A DNA stretch of 42,106 nt from positions 1 to 42,106 of the forward strand of contig DASTCC010000354.1 of the NCBI GenBank assembly GCA_035711465.1, in the 5' to 3' direction. Shown one piece after another: positions 23,116 to 32,123 of this stretch. Made by a program: the position numbers and the translations under genes. Within the stretch, counting starts at the first letter, position 1. Every line of letters starts with the position of its first letter. This DNA is from Vicinamibacterales bacterium (lineage in GTDB: Bacteria > Acidobacteriota > Vicinamibacteria > Vicinamibacterales > SCN-69-37). The notes beneath the pieces are model-generated. The model had not been told where the DNA came from, did not search any database, and worked only from the letters and a program-made list of their open reading frames with translations.

Positions 23116-25449
23116 ATGTCCCGGCCCTCCGCGCGGTTCCTGCTTTTTGCGATGACGATCGCGGCCGCATGCGGCGCGCCGCCGCCGACGTCGCCGATCA
23201 TTCTGTCGATCGTCGGCACGAACGACGTCCACGGCGCGATGCTCGATGGCGACGGCCAGGGTGGCCTGGCGCTGTTCGGCGGATATCTCAAAAACCTGCG
23301 GGCAGCGCGCGCGCGCGACCGGGGCGGCGTGCTGCTCGTCGACGCCGGTGACATGTGGCAGGGAACGCTCGAGTCGAACCTCTCGGAAGGCGCCGTGATG
23401 GTCGAGGCCTACGGCGCGCTCGGCTATCAGGCGGTCACGATCGGCAACCACGAGTTCGACTACGGGCCGGCCGGCGAGCACGCGACGCCGACGGAGCCCG
23501 GCGACGACCCGCGCGGCGCGCTCCGCCAGCGCGCGGCGGCGGCGCGCTTCCCGTTTCTCGCCGCCAACATCGTCGAGATCGAGTCGGCGCGGCCGGTCGA
23601 CTGGCAGAACGTCAGACCGTCGACGTCGATCGACGTCGCCGGCGTTCGCGTCGGGCTCATCGGCGTGACGACGGTGGAGACGCTCGAAGACACGATTGCC
23701 GCGAACCTCCGCGGTCTGACCATCCGGGCGCTGGCGCCGACGGTCGAGAGTGAAGCCAGGGGGCTTCGCGCCGCCGGCGCGACGGTCGTGGTCGTGCTCG
23801 CCCACGCCGGCGGCCGTTGCCAGCGATACACCGGCGCCGAGGCAGCCGACACCTGCGGCGCCAACGACGAGATCGTGCAGGTCGCACGCGCGCTGCCGTC
23901 CGGCCTCGTCGACGTCATCGTCGCGGGGCACACGCACGCGCCGATGGCGAACGAGATCAACGGTGTCGCCGTGATCGAGTCGTTTGCCCGCGGGCGCGCG
24001 TTCGGTCGTGTCGACCTGGCCATTGATCCCGCGACGCGCCGCCCGACGACGCGAACGATTCATCCGCCGGAGAACATCTGTGCGTATGCGCGGCCCGACG
24101 GGCAATGCGTGCCAGCCACCGGCGCCGCGGCCGAGATTCGTGAGCGTTACGAAGGCGCCGTCGTGGAGCGCGACGCACGCGTCGCGGCCATCGTCGCCGG
24201 CGCCGCGGAGCGCGTGGCCGAGATCAAAGCGCGCCCGCTGGAGGTGATCGCCGATACCGCCTTCCCGACGCGCGGCGAGATCGAATCGCCGCTCGGCAAT
24301 CTCGTCGCCGACGCCCTCCTCGCCGGCGCAGATGGCGCGCAGATCGCGATCAACAACACCGATGGCGGCCTACGCGCGGAGCTGCCGGCCGGTCCGGTGA
24401 CGTTCGGCCGGATCTACGAGGTCTTCCCCTTCGACAATCTGCTCGTGACGTTTCCGATCACGGGCGCGCAGTTGAAGCAGGTGCTGGCGGGGCAGATGCA
24501 GGGCGGCGCGCAGATCCTCGGGCTCGCCGGTTTTCGCGCGGTCGCCCGCTGCAGCCGCGGCCGCGCCGACGTCGCGCTGACGCGAGCGTCAGGAGCGCCG
24601 ATCGGCGATGCCGAGACCCTGACGCTGGCGACGACCGACTATCTCGCGACGACGCCGCTCTTCGCGACGGTGCCGGCCGCGCGCACGCCGCGCGTCGATC
24701 GCCGGCTGGCGCGCGATCTGATCGTCGACTGGCTGCGCGCGCGCGGCGGCCGTCTCGACGCGGCCTCATTCATCAACGAGCACGCGCCGCGCTATCCCGC
24801 CCGCAGCACGTTGCCGATGAAGTGCGGCGCGTCATCCGCGCCGATCGAGGCGATCGGCCTGTCAGGGGGTGGCGAGGCCGCCGTTGCGTTGCTGCTGGCG
24901 GTACTTCCTGACCCGGAGCGCGGCGTCGAGATGCTGCGGCTCGGCGCGGCCGTTGAACTCGGCGTCGGGATCGAGGATGAAGCGGCGCGAGACGATGTCG
25001 CCGTTGACGGCCGCATGGGCCCGGACGTCGACGACGTCGGTGGCGATGAGCTGGCCGGCGATGCGGCCGAACACGGTGATGTCGCGGGCGATGATGTCGC
25101 CGTCGACGCCGGCCGACGCCTGGACGATCACGGCGCCCTCTTCGCACCAGACCGGCCCCTCGACGTGGCCCTCGAGCGTGAGGTCTTCCCCGGCGTGGAG
25201 TTCACCCTTGATCGAAAGCGACTTGCCTATCGTCGTCATTACGCTTCGATTGTGTCAGAAAACCGTGCCCGGAGATCGCCGCGTGGGCTCATCCACGTCA
25301 CCTTCGCCGGCTCCGCATCGCGCTCGAGCGGCGGGTGCACGCGGACTAATCAGGGTGCGCGGCGGGGAGCGTGCCGAGCAGGCTTCGCAGCGACAGGCCA
25401 TCCCAGAAGCCGCAGGGCACTTCCCGTAGCCGCTCGTCGGAGCGGATGA
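23116..25449 (+). CDS. Lipoprotein 5'-nucleotidase / bifunctional metallophosphatase (UshA-like); homology ends near 24800 and the rest is a stop-free extension
   Basis: In-frame ATG 23116 lies in track ORF 21802..25449. The lipobox is TIAAAC. Motifs are GTNDVHG, DAGDMWQG, GNHEFDYG and AGHTHA, and the C-terminal substrate domain runs ...SPLGNLVADA...FPFDN...TTDYLA.... The first in-frame stop is at 25447-25449. TACAAT lies at 23102-23107. Confidence 0.75.
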   Translation: MSRPSARFLLFAMTIAAACGAPPPTSPIILSIVGTNDVHGAMLDGDGQGGLALFGGYLKNLRAARARDRGGVLLVDAGDMWQGTLESNLSEGAVMVEAYGALGYQAVTIGNHEFDYGPAGEHATPTEPGDDPRGALRQRAAAARFPFLAANIVEIESARPVDWQNVRPSTSIDVAGVRVGLIGVTTVETLEDTIAANLRGLTIRALAPTVESEARGLRAAGATVVVVLAHAGGRCQRYTGAEAADTCGANDEIVQVARALPSGLVDVIVAGHTHAPMANEINGVAVIESFARGRAFGRVDLAIDPATRRPTTRTIHPPENICAYARPDGQCVPATGAAAEIRERYEGAVVERDARVAAIVAGAAERVAEIKARPLEVIADTAFPTRGEIESPLGNLVADALLAGADGAQIAINNTDGGLRAELPAGPVTFGRIYEVFPFDNLLVTFPITGAQLKQVLAGQMQGGAQILGLAGFRAVARCSRGRADVALTRASGAPIGDAETLTLATTDYLATTPLFATVPAARTPRVDRRLARDLIVDWLRARGGRLDAASFINEHAPRYPARSTLPMKCGASSAPIEAIGLSGGGEAAVALLLAVLPDPERGVEMLRLGAAVELGVGIEDEAARDDVAVDGRMGPDVDDVGGDELAGDAAEHGDVAGDDVAVDAGRRLDDHGALFAPDRPLDVALEREVFPGVEFTLDRKRLAYRRHYASIVSENRARRSPRGLIHVTFAGSASRSSGGCTRTNQGARRGACRAGFAATGHPRSRRALPVAARRSG
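24862..25239 (-). CDS. Bactofilin (polymer-forming cytoskeletal protein, DUF583)
   Basis: The 125-aa sequence shows the typical bactofilin beta-helix periodicity: SLSIKGELHAGEDLTLEGHVEGPV...VDGDIIARDITVFGRIAGQLIATDVVDVRAHAAVNGDIVSRRFIL. Confidence 0.85.
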   Translation of the reverse strand: MTTIGKSLSIKGELHAGEDLTLEGHVEGPVWCEEGAVIVQASAGVDGDIIARDITVFGRIAGQLIATDVVDVRAHAAVNGDIVSRRFILDPDAEFNGRAEPQHLDAALRVRKYRQQQRNGGLATP

Positions 25450-26380
25450 CGCGGTCGAGGACCAGATACCGGTCGGCGCCGCGTCCCTCCGGCGCACGGA
25501 AGCGCTGCCAGTGCACCACGGCATCGTCGTCGACGCTCGGATTGCCGGTCGCGATGAAGCGGCTCCAGTAGCCGGCCATGGCGGAGTGGAGCGCCAGGTC
25601 CTCTGCCTCCAGCGGGTGGTTGGGGAACAGGTTCGGCACGTAGTCGTTGCCGAACAGGATGTTCGACTCGACGCCGTGAATCGCGCGGCCCGGCGCGAGG
25701 TCGTCGATGACGTAGTCATATGAGTAGAGATAGGCCGGCGTCCGGGTGTCGTCGATCAATCGCGCCAGTCGCTTCGCTTCGCAAACGAACTGCCCGTCGG
25801 TGACCAGCCGCGCGAGACTCTCGAGGGGCGTCGCCTCCAGGGTTGCCGGGTAGAGCGCGAGAACGGCGGTTGCGAGTCCCTGAAACTCGGCGGCGACCGC
25901 GGCGTCGAATTGCGCGGCGGTCAGGCCTCCGGGGAAGCTGCGCGTCACGAACGAGCCGTACGCTTCGTCGCGCGTCACGCCGACGATCGAGGGCACCTGG
26001 GCGAAGAGCCCGGCTTCGAAAAGCGTGCGCGGCTGCGCAGGAATCTCGAGACCGTCGACGTTCGGCAGCCACGCAGTCCGCCCGGCGATCTCGCTGACCT
26101 GGGGCGCGAACAGCGGCAACGCCGCGACCTGATCCCGTGTCTTGCCGCGCAGACAACCGAGCGCTGACGCGGCCTCCGTGCAGCCGAGCGCGGCAGCGAA
26201 CGCGGCGCCTTGCGCCGCGGCCTCCGTCCCGTCCGGCCAGCGCAGCGTCACGGCGCCGCTCTCGATGATGGCCTGTTGAAACAGATCACGCGAGCCGGGA
26301 GCGACCAGATGCAGCCTGACAACACCTGTCGTTGAACACGGCGGAAGCGAGGAGTAGAGTCCGAAACACCCGACGGAGCC
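25346..26380 (-). pseudogene. Type-B carboxylesterase/lipase family, 5'-truncated remnant lacking the oxyanion-hole region and the GESAG nucleophile elbow
   Basis: Similarity starts at ...LHLVAPGSRDLFQQAIIESG (the segment just after the catalytic Ser in this family). It continues through VPSIVGVTRDEAY and AIHGVESNILFG (His region). No ATG lies at the homology start, and the upstream space is occupied by the divergent gene starting at 26384. Confidence 0.55.
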
Positions 26381-26383
26381 TTC

Positions 26384-28414
26384 ATGTCCGATCCCCTGAT
26401 GGCCGAGGCCGCGCGATCCGATGAGCCCGGCCGCCGTCTCGACGCCTGGAAAGAGATCGCCGCGTATCTGAAGCGCGATGTAACGACGGTGCGCCGATGG
26501 GAGAGGCGCGAGGGCCTGCCGGTCCATCGGCATCGACACGACAAGCTCGGATCGGTGTACGCGTTCACGAAGGAAATCGACGATTGGTGTCGCCAGCGCG
26601 GCGAGCCGGTCTCGCCGTCTACGGAGCCACCACCTCCGCTCGGCGGCTCATCGGCCGGCGCGCGAGCCCCGACGTGGCCGAGGTGGATGCTGGCCGGCGG
26701 CGTGCTCGCCGCGATCGCGGCATGGCTCATCATCGGCGCGGACGTCGCGCCGCCCGACGCGACTGCCGATGCGGCGCCGATGTCTCTGGCGATTCCGGCG
26801 CCAGCCGATGGCGGCGTGGCATCGCTGGCGATTTCGCCAGATGGACGTCGGCTGGCATACGCTTCCGGACGCGCCGGCGACGTCGATCGGCTGTGGATCC
26901 GGCGTCTCGATTCGACCGTGGCCGAGCCGCTCGCCGGCACGGCGGGCGCCAGCTATCCGTTCTGGTCGCCTGACGGGCAGCGCCTTGGATTCTTCGCCGA
27001 TGGGCGTCTCAAGACGATCGCGATCGACACCCGAGAGATCGCGGACCTGGCGGATGCGCCGGTGCCGCGCGGCGGCACGTGGAGCGCTCGAGGCATGATC
27101 CTGTTTGGCCCCGATCGCGGGCGGCCGCTCTCGCAGGTGCCGGCCAGCGGCGGCCTGGTCACGCAGGCAACCGCGATCGACGACAGGTATCGTGCCGGGC
27201 ATGCCTGGCCCGAGTTCCTGCCCGACGGCCATCGCTTCCTCTTCCTCGACTACGATCCGCGACGTGATCGCCATGGGATCTACGTCGGCGATCTCGACTC
27301 GGCCGAGACGCGTCGGCTGGTTGCCGCCTATTCGAGCGCGAGCTACTCGACCAGCGGCGACCTCATCTATGTCGCGCGGGAACTCGTCGCCCAGCACCTC
27401 GATCTCGAGACGTTGACCATGACCGGTCCGCTGCGGACGCTGGCGATCCATGTCGCCGTGCGCGAGAGCGACGATCACAAGGCCGAGTTCTCGATGTCGC
27501 GAACCGGCGTGCTCGCGCTGCGTGCGCCCGAGAGCAGCCGCCGCCGCGTCGTCTGGCTCGATCGGCGCGGCCGGCAGACCGGAGCCATCGGCGACGCCGC
27601 CGGCTACAGCAGTCCGACGATTTCGCCGGATGGCCGGTCCATTCTGCTGTCGCGATTCGACTCCGACGACGGGCCGATGTACCCCTGGCGTCTCGACGTC
27701 GCGACCGGCACGGGGACGCGGCTCACTGCCGGAGCAGGCCTCGAGGTCTCCCCGATCTGGAGCCGGCGCGGCGATCGCATCGTCTTCGGCGCGATCGGGA
27801 ACGGCCACGTCCGCTTCCTCGAGGCGTCGCCGCTGCCTGGCGCGATCGCCGAGGGGCTGTGCGACCTCGCGCCGTTGGCGACGGCGGAGAACTGGACGCC
27901 CGACGGGCAGACGTTGCTGCTGACGGCGCTCCGGCCGACGACCAAGGCCGACGTGCTGCTGTGGTCGCGATCGACGCGCGCGCTGACTCCATGGCTGGCG
28001 ACGCCAGCCAACGAGGTGCAGGCACGGGTCTCACCCGATGGACGGTCGGTGGCCTACGCGTCCGACGAATCGGGCCGCTACGAAATCTACGTGCGAGGCT
28101 TTGCCGGAAGCGCCGGGACCTGGCGAGTCTCCGACACGGGCGGCGCCGATCCGAGGTGGCATCCCGACGGTCGAACGCTGTACTACATCCGTCCCGATGG
28201 CACGATCGTCGAGGTCGCGCTCCGAACCGCCGCCGCACTCGAGCGCCACGTCGGGACGCCCCTGTTCGACATCGGCACGGACGGCCTCTGGGCCGAGGCG
28301 CGCAACCACTACGACGTCGCCAGGGACGGACGTATCGTCACTCTCCGGCCGGTCGCCGACTCGCGGCAGACGCCGTTCACGCTGATGGTCAATTGGCGGG
28401 TCGGCTCGAAGTGA
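26384..28414 (+). CDS. HTH (excisionase/MerR-like) - TM - TolB-like WD40-like beta-propeller protein
   Basis: The N-terminus is DAWKEIAAYLKRDVTTVRRWERREGLPVH, followed by one TM (WMLAGGVLAAIAAWLII). Repeated PD40 units follow (SPDGRRLAY, WSPDGQRLGF, FLPDGHRFLF, ISPDGRSILL, WTPDGQTLLL, VSPDGRSVAYASDESGRYEIYV, WHPDGRTLYY). Confidence 0.8.
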   Translation: MSDPLMAEAARSDEPGRRLDAWKEIAAYLKRDVTTVRRWERREGLPVHRHRHDKLGSVYAFTKEIDDWCRQRGEPVSPSTEPPPPLGGSSAGARAPTWPRWMLAGGVLAAIAAWLIIGADVAPPDATADAAPMSLAIPAPADGGVASLAISPDGRRLAYASGRAGDVDRLWIRRLDSTVAEPLAGTAGASYPFWSPDGQRLGFFADGRLKTIAIDTREIADLADAPVPRGGTWSARGMILFGPDRGRPLSQVPASGGLVTQATAIDDRYRAGHAWPEFLPDGHRFLFLDYDPRRDRHGIYVGDLDSAETRRLVAAYSSASYSTSGDLIYVARELVAQHLDLETLTMTGPLRTLAIHVAVRESDDHKAEFSMSRTGVLALRAPESSRRRVVWLDRRGRQTGAIGDAAGYSSPTISPDGRSILLSRFDSDDGPMYPWRLDVATGTGTRLTAGAGLEVSPIWSRRGDRIVFGAIGNGHVRFLEASPLPGAIAEGLCDLAPLATAENWTPDGQTLLLTALRPTTKADVLLWSRSTRALTPWLATPANEVQARVSPDGRSVAYASDESGRYEIYVRGFAGSAGTWRVSDTGGADPRWHPDGRTLYYIRPDGTIVEVALRTAAALERHVGTPLFDIGTDGLWAEARNHYDVARDGRIVTLRPVADSRQTPFTLMVNWRVGSK

Positions 28415-29102
28415 CGCGCAGATCGAACCCGTCACAGTCGTAATAGGCCAGCACCCGCAGCTCGAACACCTGCCCGGCGCGCAGTCTCGCCGTGAGCGAG
28501 ACCGTATTCCCCGGCGCGCCGGTCGGCTGTGCGGGCTGCCGGTCGTCCGTGTCGGTGGAGTAGAGCATCAGCTCGACGAGGTCCGCCGGGCCGATCCAGC
28601 TGAGCTCGGCCGTCAGGTCGATGTCGACGTCCGTCGCAATCACGTATCGCCGGCACGGAGCCCGTGCGTCCCACTCGGGGTCGCAGGGCCGATCGACGGC
28701 CAGATCGATCGCGGAGTGGATGGCCGTCGGCGGCGACAACCGTTCGCCGGGCTCGAGCGCGATCGTCAGAAAGGCCTCGCCCGCGCTCGGCGCGGGAAAC
28801 CCGTAGCCGGGGAGGAAGCCGGTCTTCCAGGCGCGGACGCGCTCGATGCCGACCGTCTCGCCGAAATCGAAGGTGCCGTCGGCGGCGGTCGTCGCCATTC
28901 GCCCCGACTGAAGCGTCACCGTCGCGCCCCCGACCGACATCGCATCGACGTCCGTGACGCGGCCGCGGAGCGTGAAGGTCGGTATCTCGACCCGTCCGGC
29001 CGAGGGCGACGGCAACATCGTGGACGGCTGCCCGCATCCGAGCTGCGCGGAAACTGTGGTCGCAATCGCCGCGGCCAGGGCGAATCGAAGCGTGCGCGTC
29101 AT
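28389..29102 (-). CDS. Lipoprotein with a carboxypeptidase-regulatory-like domain
   Basis: Start set at ATG 29102 (MTRTLRFALAAAIATTVSAQLGCG lipobox). A CarboxypepD_reg-like segment is FTLRGRVTDVDAMSVGGATVTLQSGRMATTAADGTFDF. The 3' end overlaps the convergent gene by 26 nt. Confidence 0.6.
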   Translation of the reverse strand: MTRTLRFALAAAIATTVSAQLGCGQPSTMLPSPSAGRVEIPTFTLRGRVTDVDAMSVGGATVTLQSGRMATTAADGTFDFGETVGIERVRAWKTGFLPGYGFPAPSAGEAFLTIALEPGERLSPPTAIHSAIDLAVDRPCDPEWDARAPCRRYVIATDVDIDLTAELSWIGPADLVELMLYSTDTDDRQPAQPTGAPGNTVSLTARLRAGQVFELRVLAYYDCDGFDLRVTSSRPAN

Positions 29103-29258
29103 GTCGGCGACCAGTGTCGGGGCCGCTGAGGCCGAAAACAACGGGCAAAGTCGGGCGCCCTACTTTGCCGGCGTCCGTCGCCAGCCAACATTCCCGCGGC
29201 TTCCTACGTCCTATGTCGCGACGCTCCGCCGGCGGACGGCGGATCAGGGAGGCCGTCG

Positions 29259-29996
29259 ATGTCGTGGTGGCGTCGTAGCAAGACGGAGGCCCCGGCCGCG
29301 GAAGCGTCCGGCCTGCCGCTCATCCGCCTGGAAGGCGTGACCAAGCTCTTCGAAGGCGATGCCGACGAGCCGGCGGTGGCGCTGCGTGACGTCACGGTCG
29401 ACATCCATCGCGGCGAGTTCATCTCGGTCTCGGGGCCATCCGGCTGCGGCAAGTCGACATTCCTGGCGATTCTCGCGCTGCTCGACACGCCGACGTCGGG
29501 GCACTACTGGCTGACCGGACGGCGGATGGATCGAATCTCGCCGGGCGAACGGGCGCGGCTGCGCAACGTCGACATCGGGCTGATCTTCCAGAGCTTCAAT
29601 CTGATCGGCGATCTCACCGTGTACGAAAACGTCGAGTACCCGCTGACGCTGCGCGGCACGAACGCCGCGGAACGGCGCGCGCGGGTCGAGGCCGCGCTCG
29701 AGCGCGTCGGCATTGCCGCGCGCGGCAAGCACCGTCCCGGCTCGCTGTCGGGCGGTCATCAGCAGCTCGTGGCCATCGCCCGCGCGATTGCCGGCCAGCC
29801 GCCGATCGTGCTGGCCGACGAGCCGACCGGCAACCTCGACTCGGCCAGCGGCGAGGCGGTGATGCAGATGCTCTGCGAGCTCCACGCCAGCGGTTCGACG
29901 GTGTGTCTGGCGACGCACGATCCCCGTTACATCGCGCTGGCCCGCCGACACATCTATCTCTTCGACGGACGCGTCGTCGACCAGCCTGTCGCGTAG
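29259..29996 (+). CDS. ABC transporter ATP-binding protein, MacB/LolD-like, with no adjacent permease
   Basis: GGGAGG lies upstream. Walker A is GPSGCGKST, the Q-loop is FQSFNL, the signature is LSGGHQQLVAIARA, Walker B is IVLADEPTGNLD and the H-loop is ATHD. Confidence 0.9.
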   Translation: MSWWRRSKTEAPAAEASGLPLIRLEGVTKLFEGDADEPAVALRDVTVDIHRGEFISVSGPSGCGKSTFLAILALLDTPTSGHYWLTGRRMDRISPGERARLRNVDIGLIFQSFNLIGDLTVYENVEYPLTLRGTNAAERRARVEAALERVGIAARGKHRPGSLSGGHQQLVAIARAIAGQPPIVLADEPTGNLDSASGEAVMQMLCELHASGSTVCLATHDPRYIALARRHIYLFDGRVVDQPVA

Positions 29997-30119
29997 CGGC
30001 CGTCGTGCCGGGTGGTGACCGCGGTTCCGAAGAACCCGTACGGCTCCTGCCGACACCAGCACGGTCGAGGTGGGCGTGCTATAGTCCGCTCACACCGACA
30101 ACCGATGACGAGGAGCCGC

Positions 30120-30821
30120 ATGCGCGCCCTCCGCTGCTTGGCGTTCGCCGGGGCGATCGTCCTCGCTGGCTGCTCGAGCGACGATTCCGGCGGTCTCCCA
30201 ATCCGGCCGAGTCCTGGTCCGACGCCGCAACCCTCCGGCATCCAGATCACCGGCACGGTGATCGGCCACGAGGGGCCGGGCTCCGGATCGCCGAAGAGCG
30301 CGGAAGTCTGGCCGTGGTTCGAACGCGACTCTGGTGCCGGCACCGGCGGCCGGCACCAGGCTGGCGCGAACGGCGCGTTCACGATCACGGCGCCGCTCGA
30401 CACTCGCGCCGTGCGCTTGTTGGCGCGCACCGGCGATTTCCTGCAACCGTGTCTGGTGACGCTGCGCCTCGCCGGCGGCGCCACGTCGTATGCGATCGAC
30501 GTGCACCTCGTCCGCGAATCCGCGCTGCCACAACTGCGGACGTTCGGCTTCGTGCGCGGCACGGTCGAGGGGTTCGTGTTCGAGGCAACGCCCACCGGAC
30601 GACGAGGCGTGAGCGGCGCGGCGATCGTCGTCGACGGCCTGGGTGGAGACGGACTGGTGCTTGCCGACACGATCTCCGACCCGGAAGGCCGCTTCCTGCT
30701 CTGCGGACTCGAGGACGTGACGCCGACGGCGGCCCTTTTTGTCGTGAAAGCGGGGTACACGATGGGGGTCGTCAATCTGCCGAGCACCCCCGAGGCGATC
30801 GAGATCGAGCTCAAGCGCTGA
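30120..30821 (+). CDS. Lipoprotein with a carboxypeptidase-regulatory-like domain
   Basis: AGGAG (30111-30115) precedes ATG 30120. The lipobox is VLAGCSS. A C-terminal CarboxypepD_reg-like segment is VRGTVEGFVFEATPTGRRGVSGAAIVVDG...DPEGRFLLCGL. Confidence 0.6.
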   Translation: MRALRCLAFAGAIVLAGCSSDDSGGLPIRPSPGPTPQPSGIQITGTVIGHEGPGSGSPKSAEVWPWFERDSGAGTGGRHQAGANGAFTITAPLDTRAVRLLARTGDFLQPCLVTLRLAGGATSYAIDVHLVRESALPQLRTFGFVRGTVEGFVFEATPTGRRGVSGAAIVVDGLGGDGLVLADTISDPEGRFLLCGLEDVTPTAALFVVKAGYTMGVVNLPSTPEAIEIELKR

Positions 30822-31425
30822 TCGCGGTCGGCCGGAACATACTCCACGTTTCCAGCTCCGGCGTCACCTTCGTGTGACCGACGACGGCATAGCCGAAGTG
30901 CTGATAGCGCGCGACGTTCTGCGGCAACTCGGTGCTGAGCGAGACGCCCGCTGATTCAGGGTCCGCGGCCGCGAGCGCATGCACCGCGTCGAGCAGCGCG
31001 CGCGCGTGCCCGCGTCCCATGAACTCGTGCCGCACGCCGATCATGTTGAGGTGATGGTGCGGCGCTGTGACCGCCAGCGCGCCGGCGGCGTTTGCGTAGG
31101 CCGCGTGCTTCTCGCGCGCCGCATCGCCGAGCGCCGCCCAGGTGCGGGCACGGTGCGCGTGCACCGCCTCGGGCATCTCGCGCTCGCCAGGCAGCGTCAT
31201 CGTCGCGGCGGCGATCAGCCGGCCGTCATCGCCGGCGACGCCGAAGAGCGGCTCGTCGCGATGGACGCGGGTCATCACGAACAGGGCGATCAGCTCGCGG
31301 AGCCGCGCGTCGCCGAGGCCGTCGAACGGGCCGGAGATGTGCGTCATCACCGGATACGCGCGAAAGGCGTCGCAGAAGACGTCGATGATCTCGGGGGCGC
31401 GTTCGGCAGTGAGGCGGACGACCAT
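30811..31425 (-). CDS. GNAT-family N-acetyltransferase
   Basis: The acetyl-CoA-binding region is IGVRHEFMGRGHARALLDAV (Q/RxxGxG/A type), with a C-terminal YQHFGY. The length is 204 aa. Confidence 0.7.
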   Translation of the reverse strand: MVVRLTAERAPEIIDVFCDAFRAYPVMTHISGPFDGLGDARLRELIALFVMTRVHRDEPLFGVAGDDGRLIAAATMTLPGEREMPEAVHAHRARTWAALGDAAREKHAAYANAAGALAVTAPHHHLNMIGVRHEFMGRGHARALLDAVHALAAADPESAGVSLSTELPQNVARYQHFGYAVVGHTKVTPELETWSMFRPTAISA

Positions 31426-31491
31426 TCCGCAGCATAACGCGCGCGGCTGGCGTCGGCATACGACGCGGTATTAGGATGGCGTGACACCGCC

Positions 31492-31914
31492 ATGAATCGC
31501 GCCGAGGTCGAAACCTGGCTCGCGAGGCACCGCGCCGCCTTCGACGCACGCGATGCCGATCGGCTCGCAGCCGGTCACAGCGAGCACGGGACGTTCGAGA
31601 GTCCGGCCGCCGGCAAGGTCAGCGGCCGCGCGGCCATCCGCCAGGTGTACGCGTACTGGCTCACCGCGTTCCCAGACCTCGAGTTCACCTGGGACAGACC
31701 GGTGATCGACGGCGATCGGGTGGCGTTCTTCTGGCGCTTTCGCGACACTGCGCAAGGCGCGTTCTTCGGCGACGTCAAAGCGGGCACGCGCCTCGAGTTC
31801 TCCGGCGCCGGTCAGTACCGGATCTCGAGCGAGGGCATCGAGGAAGCCCGGCACGTCTTCGACTTCACCGGGGCGTTGATCAACGCCGGCGTGCTGAAGG
31901 TCAAGCCGCTGTAG
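31492..31914 (+). CDS. SnoaL-like / ester-cyclase NTF2-fold protein
   Basis: Typical features are AFDARDADRLAAGHSEHGTFESP...GRAAIRQVY..AFPDLEFTWDRPVIDGDRVAFFWRF...G..F.G...GTRLEFSG. Confidence 0.75.
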   Translation: MNRAEVETWLARHRAAFDARDADRLAAGHSEHGTFESPAAGKVSGRAAIRQVYAYWLTAFPDLEFTWDRPVIDGDRVAFFWRFRDTAQGAFFGDVKAGTRLEFSGAGQYRISSEGIEEARHVFDFTGALINAGVLKVKPL

Positions 31915-32015
31915 TCACGCGAAGGGGAGCCGGGAACGCTTGGCGTGTCCGCGGCCGGCTGCAGGGGTGCGCTCCTGGGAAAATCGGAGCAGGGCCGGCG
32001 CGCGACGAGCGGCGG

Positions 32016-32120
32016 TCAACCGATCGCGGCGACGAGCAGTGCGGCGACGAGCAAAACTGCCACCGCCGTCTCCGACGTGTTCGAAAAACTCCACTCGATG
32101 AACGAAAGCCTGCGAAGCAT
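32016..32120 (-). CDS. Candidate small hydrophobic protein (34 aa): MLRRLSFIEWSFSNTSETAVAVLLVAALLVAAIG
   Basis: It is below the size cut-off of the ORF track and was translated by hand. ATG 32120 is preceded by AGGAG with an 8-nt spacer. The C-terminal 17 residues are hydrophobic. It lies about 100 nt downstream of, and co-directional with, the PQQ dehydrogenase gene. Confidence 0.3.
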   Translation of the reverse strand: MLRRLSFIEWSFSNTSETAVAVLLVAALLVAAIG

Positions 32121-32123
32121 TGG

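Noticed and set aside
29144-29169. 8-bp inverted repeat GGCAAAGT-N10-ACTTTGCC in the divergent region upstream of the orphan ABC ATPase
   Set aside because: It is short, single-copy in this window and has no associated regulator gene. It is noted only as a possible operator.
32016-32120. PqqA precursor peptide next to the PQQ-dependent dehydrogenase
   Set aside because: The peptide lacks the E-x3-Y motif from which PQQ is made. It is hydrophobic at its C-terminus. It lies downstream of a PQQ-using enzyme rather than upstream of pqqBCDE.
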